Assembly: GCA_043760405.1 (NCBI GenBank)
Contig: JAYUPB010000090.1
Coordinates: 208-64,207, forward strand
Direction of reading: 5' to 3'
Origin: Sphingomonadales bacterium
Lineage (GTDB): Bacteria; Pseudomonadota; Alphaproteobacteria; Sphingomonadales; Sphingomonadaceae
DNA length: 64,000 nucleotides
Shown here: piece by piece, positions 1 to 9,624 of the stretch
How positions within the stretch are numbered: the first letter of the stretch is position 1
Layout of the letters: every line of letters starts with the position of its first letter
Notes under the pieces: model-generated
Databases searched by the model: none
Told to the model about the DNA's origin: nothing
The model's input: only the letters and a program-made list of their open reading frames with translations
Made by a program: the position numbers and the translations under genes

Positions 1-1
1 T

Positions 2-928
2 GATCAATATGGCAAAGCTGCATTCCAAAATGGCGGGAGCGGTGGCGCACAGGATTTTGGCGGGTTTTCAGATATTTTTGAGAATATCTTCGGCGAATTC
101 ATGGGCGGTGGCGGCGGGCGCGGGCGACAGCGCGGGCCACAACGCGGTGCGGACCTGCGCTATGACCTCGAAATTACGCTCGAAGAGGCGTTCCACGGCA
201 AACAAACCGAAATCAAGGTGGAAGTCTCAACCACATGCGCGCCGTGTGGTGGATCTGGTGCGAAACCGGGAACCTCTGCCAAATCGTGCGGCACTTGCGC
301 TGGTCACGGAAAGGTCCGTGCTCAGCAAGGATTTTTTGTCGTTGAACGCCCCTGCCCCACCTGTCGCGGCGCAGGACAAGTGATTGCCGATCCGTGCGGT
401 TCCTGTCGCGGTCAAGGCCGCGTTGACAAAGAAAAGACGCTGTCCGTCACTGTGCCCTCTGGCGTTGATGATGGAACGCGCATCCGCTTGTCAGGCGAAG
501 GCGAGGCCGGCGAACGCGGCGCACCCGCGGGCGATCTTTATATATTCCTCCACGTGTCCCGACACAGCCTGTTCGAACGCGATGGCACTACGTTATTTGC
601 CCGCGCGCCAATCAGCTTTACCACGGCATCACTCGGCGGGACGATAACCGTTCCAGGACTCGATCGCATTGGCCACGAAATTCGGATTCCAGCGGGCATT
701 CAGTCTGGCAAACAAATTCGCCAACGCGGCGCTGGCATGCCAGTTTTGAACGGACGCGGTGCGGGCGATATGGTCGTTCAGATCGAGGTTGAGACCCCGA
801 CCCGCCTTACAGCCAAACAAAAAGAGCTGCTCGAAGAATTTCGCGCCACAGAAACAGGTGACGAAAGCCCTCAATCCACTGGCTTTTTCTCAAAGTTAAA
901 GGATATGTGGGACGATCTTACCGAATAG
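2..928 (+). CDS. dnaJ: Molecular chaperone DnaJ, 5'-truncated by the window edge
   Basis: Frame 2 is open from base 2 ([33 protein letters not shown]..., the G/F-rich linker) and runs into ORF 101..928. Four CxxCxGxG zinc-finger repeats are present ([32 protein letters not shown]). Confidence 0.95.
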   Translation, partial: DQYGKAAFQNGGSGGAQDFGGFSDIFENIFGEFMGGGGGRGRQRGPQRGADLRYDLEITLEEAFHGKQTEIKVEVSTTCAPCGGSGAKPGTSAKSCGTCAGHGKVRAQQGFFVVERPCPTCRGAGQVIADPCGSCRGQGRVDKEKTLSVTVPSGVDDGTRIRLSGEGEAGERGAPAGDLYIFLHVSRHSLFERDGTTLFARAPISFTTASLGGTITVPGLDRIGHEIRIPAGIQSGKQIRQRGAGMPVLNGRGAGDMVVQIEVETPTRLTAKQKELLEEFRATETGDESPQSTGFFSKLKDMWDDLTE

Positions 929-1069
929 CCCCGATTCTGATTTCAAATATTTCCCATTTTGGGACATATTCCAAGTCTATTGATTGCTGGACAGGCTGAT
1001 ACTGGCTGAATAATTAACAGAAAAATAACTGAAAAAGTCGCACCAATCCTCAACCAATGGAATTCTTTT

Positions 1070-1717
1070 ATGAAAAAATATTATGCGATTGCTGCCGCTT
1101 GTTTTCTTGCCATCGGTTCGGCGAATGCAACGACTGCTATAACCGGATTTTCGGATGGTTCCACATTCACTGGATTTTCCAGTGACGAAACTGTCGGCTT
1201 TACTTTCAGCACTTCATCGAACCTATCGGTCACTGCGCTGGGTTGGTTTGCTCTTAACGGTGCGGTTAATGCATCGCATCAGGTGGGCATTTGGAATGCT
1301 GCGGGCGCCCTTCTGGGATCGGCAACTGTGTCACCAGGTGTGCCCGTTGGCGCCGACTTTTTATACACAAGCCTGACACCGTTCACACTTGCCAGCGGAC
1401 AGCAGTATTTCATTGGTGGCCGTGATCTTGTTAATGACGGTGATTCATACACAACGAGCGTTTCCGGCCTAACTGTTAGCCCGCAGATCACCTTTCTCGG
1501 CTCTGCGGTTTCTACGAGAGGTAGTGGGTTCGCCTTTCCCGGATCAATCAATAACATCACAACAGGCGGGCGTTTTGGTCCAAACTTCGAATTTGCTGAT
1601 CTCGGCATTGGCGCTGTGCCTGAACCTGCCACTTGGGCAATGCTGCTTGCTGGTTTTGGTATGATTGGCGGCGCAATGCGCAGCCGTAAGACTAAGGTCA
1701 GTGTTCGTTACGTCTGA
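1070..1717 (+). CDS. Secreted PEPxxWA-CTERM sorting-domain protein
   Basis: N-terminal signal peptide (AIGSANA). C-terminal VPEPATWAMLLAGFGMIGGAMRSRK is a PEP motif, a TM helix and a basic tail. No exosortase gene is in the window. Confidence 0.8.
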   Translation: MKKYYAIAAACFLAIGSANATTAITGFSDGSTFTGFSSDETVGFTFSTSSNLSVTALGWFALNGAVNASHQVGIWNAAGALLGSATVSPGVPVGADFLYTSLTPFTLASGQQYFIGGRDLVNDGDSYTTSVSGLTVSPQITFLGSAVSTRGSGFAFPGSINNITTGGRFGPNFEFADLGIGAVPEPATWAMLLAGFGMIGGAMRSRKTKVSVRYV

Positions 1718-1740
1718 CAACATTGAAGGCATTTTTGGAA

Positions 1741-1790
1741 AGGCCAGACCGTTGCGGACAAACCTAACAGTCTGGCCTTTTTCTGTTTTT
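1741..1790 (+). terminator. Rho-independent terminator after the PEP-CTERM gene
   Basis: 9-bp stem AGGCCAGAC (1741-1749) pairs with GTCTGGCCT (1770-1778), followed by TTTTTCTGTTTTT. Confidence 0.6.
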
Positions 1791-1832
1791 AAGGACAATG
1801 TAGGACGATCTTACCAAATAGGAGTCGCTTTG

Positions 1833-2738
1833 ATGCGCGCCGCTTTCTTCACCGTCCTAGGCCTATCGCTTTGCGCCCCCGCTTTTGCCCAGCAGGATTT
1901 TTCCAAAGTTGAAATCAAAGCTGAGAATTTGGCGCCCGGGGTCGCGGTGCTTTTCGGTGCGGGCGGGAATATCGGGGTGTCATACGGGCCAGACGGGACG
2001 ATTTTGATCGACGATCAGTTTGCGCCGCTCACCACAAAAATTCAAACTGTGATCGCAACGCTTGGCGCGACGCCGGTTAAATTCCTGATCAATACCCATT
2101 GGCATTTTGATCATTCTGGCGGCAATGAAAATCTCGGTAATGCCGGTGCGTTAATCATGGCGCATGACAATGTACGTATCCGCATGGCAGCTGGTGCAAC
2201 CGTGTTGGGCACTGTCATACCGCCCGCACCCAAGATCGCCTTACCCGTCATCACTTATGCAGAAGGACTGAAACTTCATCTTAATGGGGATGAAGTGCGC
2301 ACCGTTCATACTGGTGGCGGCCATACTGACGGCGATTCGATTGTCGTGTGGAAAAACGCAAATATCATTCATATGGGTGATCTGTTCATGAACAAGGTCA
2401 GCTTGCCCTTCATTGATCTGAATTCGGGCGGCAATGTAATCCATCTGCTGGCCAGCGTTGAAAAAGCATTGTTGCTGACCAATCCGCAGACCAAAATCAT
2501 TCCCGGTCACGGTCCGATGGCAAGCCAAGCGGATTTGATCGCGTGGCGCGATATGCTAAAATCTGTGATCGGGTCGGTTCAGACCGCTGTGAAGGCCAAG
2601 AAATCGCTTGATCAGATCAAGGCAATGAAACCGGCTGCAAAGTGGGAGGTCAAAGGTGGCTTTATCAGCGGCGATGCCTTTACCGAGGCCGTTTATAAAA
2701 GCGTAACCGCGCCTGCGGCCAAACCACATCACCATTAA
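1833..2738 (+). CDS. Secreted MBL-fold metallo-hydrolase
   Basis: HWHFDHSGG (HxHxDH) motif. The ATG at 1833 gives a signal peptide MRAAFFTVLGLSLCAPAFAQQ. The tracked ORF start at 1665 overlaps the upstream gene and terminator. Confidence 0.85.
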   Translation: MRAAFFTVLGLSLCAPAFAQQDFSKVEIKAENLAPGVAVLFGAGGNIGVSYGPDGTILIDDQFAPLTTKIQTVIATLGATPVKFLINTHWHFDHSGGNENLGNAGALIMAHDNVRIRMAAGATVLGTVIPPAPKIALPVITYAEGLKLHLNGDEVRTVHTGGGHTDGDSIVVWKNANIIHMGDLFMNKVSLPFIDLNSGGNVIHLLASVEKALLLTNPQTKIIPGHGPMASQADLIAWRDMLKSVIGSVQTAVKAKKSLDQIKAMKPAAKWEVKGGFISGDAFTEAVYKSVTAPAAKPHHH

Positions 2739-2760
2739 TTATGACACCACGCCCAAAAGA

Positions 2761-2797
2761 AAAGGCCCGCTGGGGAACCAACGGACCTTTCTTTTTG
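2761..2797. terminator. Probable bidirectional terminator hairpin
   Basis: AAAGGCCCG (2761-2769) pairs with CGGACCTTT (2782-2790) with one mismatch. It is T-rich on the + strand (CTTTTTGGG) and also T-rich when read on the - strand. It sits between the convergent MBL gene and the 27-codon ORF. Confidence 0.45.
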
Positions 2798-2814
2798 GGA
2801 GATGGCGAGCCTGG

Positions 2815-2898
2815 TTAGGCGCCGAGGATAATCCCCAGGAATGCGACCTGAGAGAGAATGCCGACAGCAAAGCTCGCGGTGTTTACGATAACGCGCAT
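2815..2898 (-). CDS. Candidate 27-aa hydrophobic small protein (MRVIVNTASFAVGILSQVAFLGIILGA)
   Basis: ATG on the - strand at 2898 and TAA at 2815-2817. An AAGGGA Shine-Dalgarno-like element lies 7 nt upstream and the terminator hairpin is immediately downstream. Too short for the ORF track. Confidence 0.3.
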   Translation of the reverse strand: MRVIVNTASFAVGILSQVAFLGIILGA

Positions 2899-2988
2899 AG
2901 CGTTTTCCCTTCACTTGCTTATCAAACCGCTAATTCGGTTTCGATAAGAAACCTATGCTGCAAGTGCGAGAAAACTACAAACGCAAGG

Positions 2989-3030
2989 ATTGCAAACGTG
3001 ATTGCAAAAAATGCAACCAAATATTGCAAA
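2989..3030. repeat. Phased array of ATTGCAAA octamers
   Basis: Exact ATTGCAAA at 2989, 3001 and 3023, plus degenerate ATGCAAC at 3011; spacings are 12, 10 and 12 bp. Weaker TGCAAG and CGCAAG copies occur at 2959 and 2982. Confidence 0.6.
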
Positions 3031-3050
3031 TTTGTTAATTATCGCCGCTC

Positions 3051-4367
3051 TTATGCTGGCCCAAACACCCGCGCGAAAATCGTGTCGACATGTTTAAGGT
3101 GATAATCGAGATCGAATTTCTCCTCGATTTCTGCGGGTGACAGTGCTGCTATGACAGCTTCATCCGCCTTGAGAAGGTCGAGTAAGGACAGCGCGCCATC
3201 TGAATCCCAAACCTTCATCGCATTGCGTTGCACCAGCTTATACGCATCTTCGCGGGTAACACCGGCCTGAGTCAGCGCGAGCAGGACGCGCTGCGAATGG
3301 ACAAGCCCGCCCATTTTGTTGAGGTTTTTCTCCATCCGTTCAGGGTAAATCAGCAGCTTGTCCATCACACCTGTCAAGCGTGCGAGGGCAAAATCCAGCG
3401 TGATCGTCGCGTCCGGCCCGATGTAACGTTCGACTGAGGAGTGAGAAATATCACGTTCATGCCACAGCGCTACATTTTCAAGCGCGGGCGTGACGTAGCC
3501 GCGCACCATCCGCGCAAGACCGGTCAAATTCTCGGTCAGGATCGGGTTACGCTTATGGGGCATCGCCGACGATCCCTTTTGCCCCGGCGAGAAATATTCT
3601 TCTGCCTCCAACACTTCAGTACGCTGCAAATGGCGAATTTCAGTGGCAAGCCGTTCAACCGATGATGCGATAACGCCCAATGTTGCAAAATACATGGCGT
3701 GGCGGTCACGCGGAATTACTTGTGTTGAAACTGGTTCTATTTCGAGTCCCAACTTGCCCGCGACATGCGCCTCTACGGCGGGGTCAATGTTGGCAAAGGT
3801 GCCAACTGCGCCCGATATAGCGCAGGTCGCAATGTCGGCCCGTGCCGCCACCAACCGCGCACGGTTGCGTTCAAATTCTGCATAGGCCTGCGCCAATTTG
3901 AGACCAAATGTCACAGGTTCCCCGTGAATGCCATGGCTGCGCCCGATGGTCGGGGTCATTTTATGTTCGAACGCGCGGCGTTTGATCGCGGCGAGCAAAG
4001 CGTCCAGATCAGCGATCAAAATATCGCTCGCCTGCGCCAATTGCACTGCGAGGCACGTATCAAGCACATCGGACGATGTCATGCCCTGATGCATGAAGCG
4101 CGCTTCATCCCCCACATGTTCGGCAACCCATGTCAGGAACGCAATTACATCATGTTTGGTAACGGCTTCAATCGCGTCAATCGCAGCCACGTCGATCACA
4201 GGCCCCGTTTTCCACCAATCCCAAAGGGCCTTTGCAGCAGATGCGGGCACAACCCCCAATGCGGCGAGTGCATCTGTGGCATGTGCTTCAATTTCAAACC
4301 AGATACGGAATTTAGTTTCCGGCTCCCAGATTTTGACCATTTCGGGGCGTGAATAGCGGGGAATCAT
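3051..4367 (-). CDS. purB: Adenylosuccinate lyase
   Basis: 438 aa with the fumarate-lyase signature GSSAMPHKRNP and a typical PurB N-terminus MIPRYSRPEM. Confidence 0.95.
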   Translation of the reverse strand: MIPRYSRPEMVKIWEPETKFRIWFEIEAHATDALAALGVVPASAAKALWDWWKTGPVIDVAAIDAIEAVTKHDVIAFLTWVAEHVGDEARFMHQGMTSSDVLDTCLAVQLAQASDILIADLDALLAAIKRRAFEHKMTPTIGRSHGIHGEPVTFGLKLAQAYAEFERNRARLVAARADIATCAISGAVGTFANIDPAVEAHVAGKLGLEIEPVSTQVIPRDRHAMYFATLGVIASSVERLATEIRHLQRTEVLEAEEYFSPGQKGSSAMPHKRNPILTENLTGLARMVRGYVTPALENVALWHERDISHSSVERYIGPDATITLDFALARLTGVMDKLLIYPERMEKNLNKMGGLVHSQRVLLALTQAGVTREDAYKLVQRNAMKVWDSDGALSLLDLLKADEAVIAALSPAEIEEKFDLDYHLKHVDTIFARVFGPA

Positions 4368-4418
4368 GGGAACGTCCTATCGTTTGGCATTGCACTGGGG
4401 GCGCTACCCAAAACCGAC

Positions 4419-5018
4419 CTATCCGTCGAGTCTGAACCGGTAATGCCCTGTCAGCTTATGATCAAATAGCGCGTCTTCTTCACGCGTGCCTTGGCCGACA
4501 TTGTGAATGACCAAGGGCCGCCCCAACCCCGTCTGACGGTCCGATACAATACCGATGTGGGGCAGGGTTCCGCCAACAAGACACGTAAAAATATCCCCCG
4601 CTTGCCACGGCGCTGCCAAAGGTCGCTGTGCGGCATTCCTTGCAAAATATATCTGAAGATTGGGAACACGCCGGTGGTCAATGTTGCGGTCTGTCGTGCG
4701 TAGCCCCCACCGTTTGGGATAGGCCGCAAAAGCGCGCTTCATATCTATGTTGACCAACGCCTGAAGATCAATCCCGAACGCATCGCGGTAGGCGCGGATG
4801 ACGACATCGGTACACACGCCCTTGTGTCGCGGCACATCACCGCCAGGGAAAGCAAGGCGCGAATAGGCCGGATCATAGGCTGTGGTTACCCCAATTTGCT
4901 GCCGTGCGGCGCTAATAAGCTTTAATGACGTCTGGCGCTTCTGACCCAGTGCAGCACGCGGCACAGCTGCAACCACGAACGCGGAAAACAATATATCGCG
5001 GCGGTTTACCCGCATCAC
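4419..5018 (-). CDS. DUF1287-family protein with a Tat-like signal
   Basis: NRRDILFSAFVVAAVPRAALG is a twin-arginine-type leader. YDPAYSRLAFPGGDVP...GVCTDVVIRAYR resembles DUF1287 (recalled, not searched). The ATGA start overlaps the radC stop. Confidence 0.7.
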   Translation of the reverse strand: MMRVNRRDILFSAFVVAAVPRAALGQKRQTSLKLISAARQQIGVTTAYDPAYSRLAFPGGDVPRHKGVCTDVVIRAYRDAFGIDLQALVNIDMKRAFAAYPKRWGLRTTDRNIDHRRVPNLQIYFARNAAQRPLAAPWQAGDIFTCLVGGTLPHIGIVSDRQTGLGRPLVIHNVGQGTREEDALFDHKLTGHYRFRLDG

Positions 5019-5698
5019 AACAACCCCATCGCGCGCATTGAGCTGTGCCCTTTTGCACCGATAATGACATGGTCATGTACCGCGATCCCCAGTTTTTTTC
5101 CGGCCTCTGCAATGTCGCGCGTCAAGGATATATCAGCGCGGCTTGGTGCAGGATCTCCGCTGGGATGATTGTGGACCAAGATGATGGCAGCGGACCCCAA
5201 ATCAATCGCGCGGCGAATGACTTCGCGAACATGAACAGAGGCCTGATCAACCGACCCTTCGCTCATCACTTCATCCCGAATCAGCATGTTGCGTGTATTG
5301 AGATGAAGCACGCGGACACGTTCGATCGTGATATGCGCCATGTCAGCGCGCAAATAATCAAGCAGCGCCTGCCAGCTTGCGAGCACAGGTTGTTCCTTAA
5401 CCTTATCACGCAACATCCGAAGCGCCGCCGCCTGAACGATTTTGAGCGCTGCTACTGCGGTTTCCCCGACACCGCTCACCCGTGCTATAGCCTCCGCATC
5501 CGCACTCAGCAGCCCACCTATACCGCCAAATTCATGCAATAAAATCTTGGCCAAGGGTTTTGTGTCGCGTCTGGGTATCGCCAACGCCAAAAGATATTCG
5601 ATCAATTCATGGTCGAGTAACGCATCTCCGCCGCCTTCAATCAGACGTTTGCGCAGGCGCGCACGGTGGCCTGTGCCACTGGTATCGACTTCATTCAT
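5015..5698 (-). CDS. radC: RadC-family JAB/MPN domain protein
   Basis: 227 aa with a helix-hairpin-helix N-terminal part and the HNHPSGDPAPS JAMM motif. Confidence 0.9.
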   Translation of the reverse strand: MNEVDTSGTGHRARLRKRLIEGGGDALLDHELIEYLLALAIPRRDTKPLAKILLHEFGGIGGLLSADAEAIARVSGVGETAVAALKIVQAAALRMLRDKVKEQPVLASWQALLDYLRADMAHITIERVRVLHLNTRNMLIRDEVMSEGSVDQASVHVREVIRRAIDLGSAAIILVHNHPSGDPAPSRADISLTRDIAEAGKKLGIAVHDHVIIGAKGHSSMRAMGLL

Positions 5699-5776
5699 CA
5701 GGCAAAGCTAAACAGACGCGTCGACAAGTGCAATTGGGCTTGATTGCGCGGCGTAAAACGCGTTGGTTGGGATGTG

Positions 5777-8700
5777 ATGGTTTGGAAGCGTAAATCAGTT
5801 CGGATTGCAGCGGTGTTGGGCGGGCTTTCGCTTATCGCGCTTGCTGTGGCATGGGCCCAGCGCGAACCCATTGCCCGCGACCTGTTCGACAGCAGTCTAG
5901 CCGATAAGGGTGTTACTGGTCGTTACACCATCTCGGCCATTGGCACCAAAATGCAGCGGCTTGAAAATGTCAGCCTCGGCGATCCCAAAAACCCTGATCT
6001 GACCGCCGACTGGGCAGAGATTGATATGGGACTTAGCCTGTCGGGCGTGACCGTGAAAGCCGTGCGGGCGGGCGGCGTTCGTTTGCGCGGGCGGTTGGTT
6101 GACGGGATGGTCAGTTTTGGCGCGGTGGATAAATTGTTGCCCAAGCCAAATGGCGCAACGCTCAGCATACCTGATATTGATGTGACGCTCCGCGATGCAC
6201 AGTTGCAACTTTCAACACCCTTCGGCGCGCTTGGCGCAAAGATTGATGGCCGCGGCAACCTGACAAATGGTTTTCACGGCAAAATCGCGGCGGCTGCCCC
6301 GCGCTTCGCACGGGCTGGCTGCGCTGCAGAACGGGTAACACTCTACGGCGACATTTCGATTTTATCACGACGCCCCACTTTCAAAGGGCCTGTGCGTCTT
6401 GCCACACTAAACTGTGCGGGAGTTCGCGCAAATCAAGCGACGATGATAGTTGATGCCAGCGTCGCAGAGTCAATGAATCGTTGGACTGGCACATCAGCCC
6501 TTAGCATGGCCCGCAGCAGTGGGTTTGGGGCTGATGCGCGCAATCTTTCTGGTACCATTGCCTTTGGTGGAACCCCAGCCGCGAGCAATGCAACAGTGTC
6601 GCTTTACGCCAAACAGATTGCCACCCCAAAACTCATCACTGGTGACACTCACATTGTTGGAAATTTTGATGTTCGGCGGCGTGTCAATGGGGGTTATGCT
6701 GTTGATGCATCTGGCACGATTGATACCAAGGGTTTGGCACCAGACGGCGCGCTCCTGTCGCAATTAACAAGGATCGGCGGCAGCGGTTCGGGAACACCAG
6801 CAGCGCCGCTGACAGATGCCTTGGCGAAAGCGTTTGGCGGATTGGCGCGCGGCACTACTGTCACCAGCCGCTACCTTCTAAGGCATCAAAATGGACAAGG
6901 TCAGATTTCCCTCTTCGCGCTAAAGGCCAACAGCACGAGCGGAGCCTCCCTCACAACACAGGGTGAAACGCCTGTAATAGTGCGTTGGCCAGGCGGTGTT
7001 GCATTCTCTGGCCGCGCACAGATTTCAGGTGGCGGGTTTCCTCTGAGCGCAATCCAGATGCAAGGCACCGGCGGCACCGCCATAATCGCGCCCTTCGTCG
7101 CGCGCGGTGCACGGCTGATGACGACACCTGTCCGGTTCAATTTTGGCGTCAAGGGCTTGGTGCTTAACACTGTCGTGACATTGGACGGCCCCTTGGGGTC
7201 TGGCCGGGTAAGTGGCCTGCGGATGCCGATCGCACTGCGGCCGGGCCAGTCCCTGCTGACTGGATGCCTGCCCACGCAATACCAATCGCTCATGCTTGCA
7301 GGATTACGCCTTTCTCCTGCACGCTTCACAACCTGTATTTCTGGCAAGGAAGCGCGAATCACCATGCCACATCTGGCGGGATTTTTGGGCCAATCGCCGA
7401 TCCTCCTGTCTGCAAACACTGCCCGCATCGGTTTTTCTCGTGGCGATTTTAGTGTGGATGCTCTTGCCGTTCGTTTGGGAGAACAGCCGCGCTTGTCCTT
7501 GCTCGCTGTTGGCTCATTGTCCGGCACACTTCAGCGCGGCGGGGCAAAAGGACGTTTTACTGGCACGTCTGGTCAGATTGGCACTGTCCCGCTGCGCCTG
7601 TCCGAAGGCAATGGCAATTGGGCAATGATCAACAATGTACTGACGTTGAAAGGCGGCGTAAAGATTGCCGATGCCGCCCCTGAAGCCCGTTTCCAGCCGC
7701 TGATTTCCGACGATTTCGACCTGCGTATGAAGGATGGATTGGTGAGTGCGACCGCCACTGCACGCGAGCCTGCGTCGCGGACCGCAATCTCAAACATCAC
7801 CATCGCCCATAGTTTGTCGCGCGGCACCGGCCATGCGGTGCTGGATGTGCCGGGCATTACGTTTGGCCAGCAATTACAGCCTGAGACACTCTCCACGATT
7901 ACGCTTGGCGTCATCGCCAATGTGCAGGGACGAATCGCAGGACGTGGGCAGATTAACTGGACTCCCGATACTGTCACCAGCACTGGCGGTTTTCGCACGG
8001 ACGGCGTTGATCTTGCCGCCGCTTTTGGTCCAGTTACGGGCCTTAAGGGCGAAATCATGCTGTCCGATTTGCTGGGTCTGGAAACAGGCCCCGGTCAGCG
8101 CATCACGATCGCGGGGATCAACCCCGGGATTGCTGTGAACGAAGGGGAAATCAGTTACCGACTGCTGCCGGGCCTGAAGGCAGAAATTGAGGGCGGGCGC
8201 TGGCCCTTTGCGGGCGGCGCGTTGATCCTTGAACCGACTATCCTTGATCTCTCTGAAAGTGCGGAACGCCGCTTGACCTTCCGTGTTGAGGGTGTCGATG
8301 CCGCGCGCTTTATCGCCTCGCTCGAATTTGAAAATATTGCCGCAACCGGAATTTTTGACGGAACGTTACCTATGATATTCGACAAAAATGGGGGTCGGAT
8401 TGAAGGGGGCAAATTAATTGCACGGGGCGGCGGAACACTCGCTTATGTCGGTGAAATTTCGAATGAGAATCTGGGCCTCATGGGTCGATTCGCGTTTGAT
8501 GCACTCAAATCGATCAAATATGATCGGCTTTCCATTGATTTGGGCGGGGCGATTGACGGCGACATCGTCACCAAAATCAGTTTTGCCGGCGTCAACCAAG
8601 CCCCAATTTCTGGCGTCCGCACCAAGTTGCCAATCAAAATTTACGGCCTGACCAACATCCCATTCATCTTCAATGTCACAATAACCGCGCCTTTCCGCCA

Positions 8701-8824
8701 ATTGTTTGAAATGACGCGGTCCTTTAATGACCCGTCTCTGTTGATCGAACGGATGGTTCCGCAATTAAAAGTACCCAATCCTGACAAGCCCGTTCAGCAA
8801 AAAGAAAGCGATCCTGTGCGATGA
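5777..8824 (+). CDS. ydbH: YdbH-like AsmA-family intermembrane (lipid) transport protein
   Basis: About 1015 aa with an N-terminal TM anchor and long beta-rich repeats. It is followed by ynbE- and ydbL-like genes, as in the E. coli ydbH-ynbE-ydbL operon. The start is ambiguous (TTG 5744 or ATG 5777). Confidence 0.8.
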   Translation: MVWKRKSVRIAAVLGGLSLIALAVAWAQREPIARDLFDSSLADKGVTGRYTISAIGTKMQRLENVSLGDPKNPDLTADWAEIDMGLSLSGVTVKAVRAGGVRLRGRLVDGMVSFGAVDKLLPKPNGATLSIPDIDVTLRDAQLQLSTPFGALGAKIDGRGNLTNGFHGKIAAAAPRFARAGCAAERVTLYGDISILSRRPTFKGPVRLATLNCAGVRANQATMIVDASVAESMNRWTGTSALSMARSSGFGADARNLSGTIAFGGTPAASNATVSLYAKQIATPKLITGDTHIVGNFDVRRRVNGGYAVDASGTIDTKGLAPDGALLSQLTRIGGSGSGTPAAPLTDALAKAFGGLARGTTVTSRYLLRHQNGQGQISLFALKANSTSGASLTTQGETPVIVRWPGGVAFSGRAQISGGGFPLSAIQMQGTGGTAIIAPFVARGARLMTTPVRFNFGVKGLVLNTVVTLDGPLGSGRVSGLRMPIALRPGQSLLTGCLPTQYQSLMLAGLRLSPARFTTCISGKEARITMPHLAGFLGQSPILLSANTARIGFSRGDFSVDALAVRLGEQPRLSLLAVGSLSGTLQRGGAKGRFTGTSGQIGTVPLRLSEGNGNWAMINNVLTLKGGVKIADAAPEARFQPLISDDFDLRMKDGLVSATATAREPASRTAISNITIAHSLSRGTGHAVLDVPGITFGQQLQPETLSTITLGVIANVQGRIAGRGQINWTPDTVTSTGGFRTDGVDLAAAFGPVTGLKGEIMLSDLLGLETGPGQRITIAGINPGIAVNEGEISYRLLPGLKAEIEGGRWPFAGGALILEPTILDLSESAERRLTFRVEGVDAARFIASLEFENIAATGIFDGTLPMIFDKNGGRIEGGKLIARGGGTLAYVGEISNENLGLMGRFAFDALKSIKYDRLSIDLGGAIDGDIVTKISFAGVNQAPISGVRTKLPIKIYGLTNIPFIFNVTITAPFRQLFEMTRSFNDPSLLIERMVPQLKVPNPDKPVQQKESDPVR

Positions 8825-8871
8825 CCCCATTGTTGTTGACGAAAGCACGATCAAATGCGACTTCAAGGCCC

Positions 8872-9054
8872 ATGAAAACGGCCACACCCTTGATGATCTT
8901 CTTTATGATGATGGCGGGGTGTGTGACAGTGAAGGCGCCAGACAAGCCCATTGAAATCAACCTGAACGTCAACATCAAGCAAGAGGTCATCCTCAGCCTT
9001 AAAAAGGATGCGAGTGACCTCATCACCGATAATCCGGAGTTGTTTCCGAAATGA
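8872..9054 (+). CDS. ynbE: YnbE-family small lipoprotein
   Basis: The ATG at 8872 gives a 60-aa product MKTATPLMIFFMMMAGC... with a lipobox. DKPIEINLNVNIKQEV matches the YnbE core KEPITINMNVKIEHEI as recalled from E. coli. Confidence 0.75.
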   Translation: MKTATPLMIFFMMMAGCVTVKAPDKPIEINLNVNIKQEVILSLKKDASDLITDNPELFPK

Positions 9055-9446
9055 CGCGTAACTTGAAAATTATCACGGCCCTTGGCACCGGTCTTATGCT
9101 TGCCGCTGGTGTTGCAACGCTTGCTGTTGCGCAGTCCGCCAGCCTTGTGTCTGCGGCATTGGCCGAAGGCAGTGTCGGGGAACAGGCAGACGGCTATTTG
9201 GGAATCAAGGGCACGGCGTCAGCGGCACTGCGCGCCGAAGTGGACGCGATTAACATCAAACGCCGTGCGGCTTACACGCAGTTGGCGGCCCAGCGCGGGG
9301 TTACAATTAAGGACGTTGCCGCAGCGATTGGGTGTGAAACGCTCACCGCGCGCGTCGCGACAGGTCGCGCCTATTTGCTCACGGACGGTGTCTGGCGGGT
9401 AAAGGGCGTCGCCCCGATTGCACTTCCGGCCTATTGCGCGAGCTAA
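9051..9446 (+). CDS. ydbL: YdbL-like periplasmic protein (DUF1318)
   Basis: Signal peptide, a GEQADGYLGIKG motif, and an ATGA overlap with the ynbE stop. Confidence 0.75.
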   Translation: MTRNLKIITALGTGLMLAAGVATLAVAQSASLVSAALAEGSVGEQADGYLGIKGTASAALRAEVDAINIKRRAAYTQLAAQRGVTIKDVAAAIGCETLTARVATGRAYLLTDGVWRVKGVAPIALPAYCAS

Positions 9447-9624
9447 CCGCAACGACAGACTGTTGCGCGGCGTCGTGCTCTCTGCCGCACCGCACAACGC
9501 TCTTATTGACTTCCACGACCCCCTTTTCTAAAGCGCGCGTGCCTTCTCCGGAGACGGTGAAGGTTGGTCGTCGTCGAAACCTGTTGGTTTGGGCGGCGTT
9601 TTCTTAATTTAAGGGGCGTTTGCT

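Noticed and set aside
9-647. Alternative-frame ORFs 9..383, 227..415 and 384..647
   Set aside because: They lie inside the dnaJ coding region, whose zinc-finger frame is unambiguous. Their Ala/Arg-rich translations are off-frame artefacts.
3003-3030. Sigma-54 promoter reading of the TTGCA repeats (GG...TTGCA)
   Set aside because: On the relevant strand the GG-to-GC spacing is 13 instead of the required 12, and no TGGCAC -24 element is present.
5897-8764. Many 60-210-aa ORFs on both strands inside ydbH (for example 6901..7527 -, 7573..8058 -)
   Set aside because: All are embedded in the single long YdbH frame. None has a recognisable motif or start context.
9506-9534. Sigma-70-like promoter for the atp F0 operon (TTGACT-N17-TAAAGC)
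   Set aside because: The -35 is good but the -10 matches only 3/6. That is not enough to report as a feature without transcription-start data.
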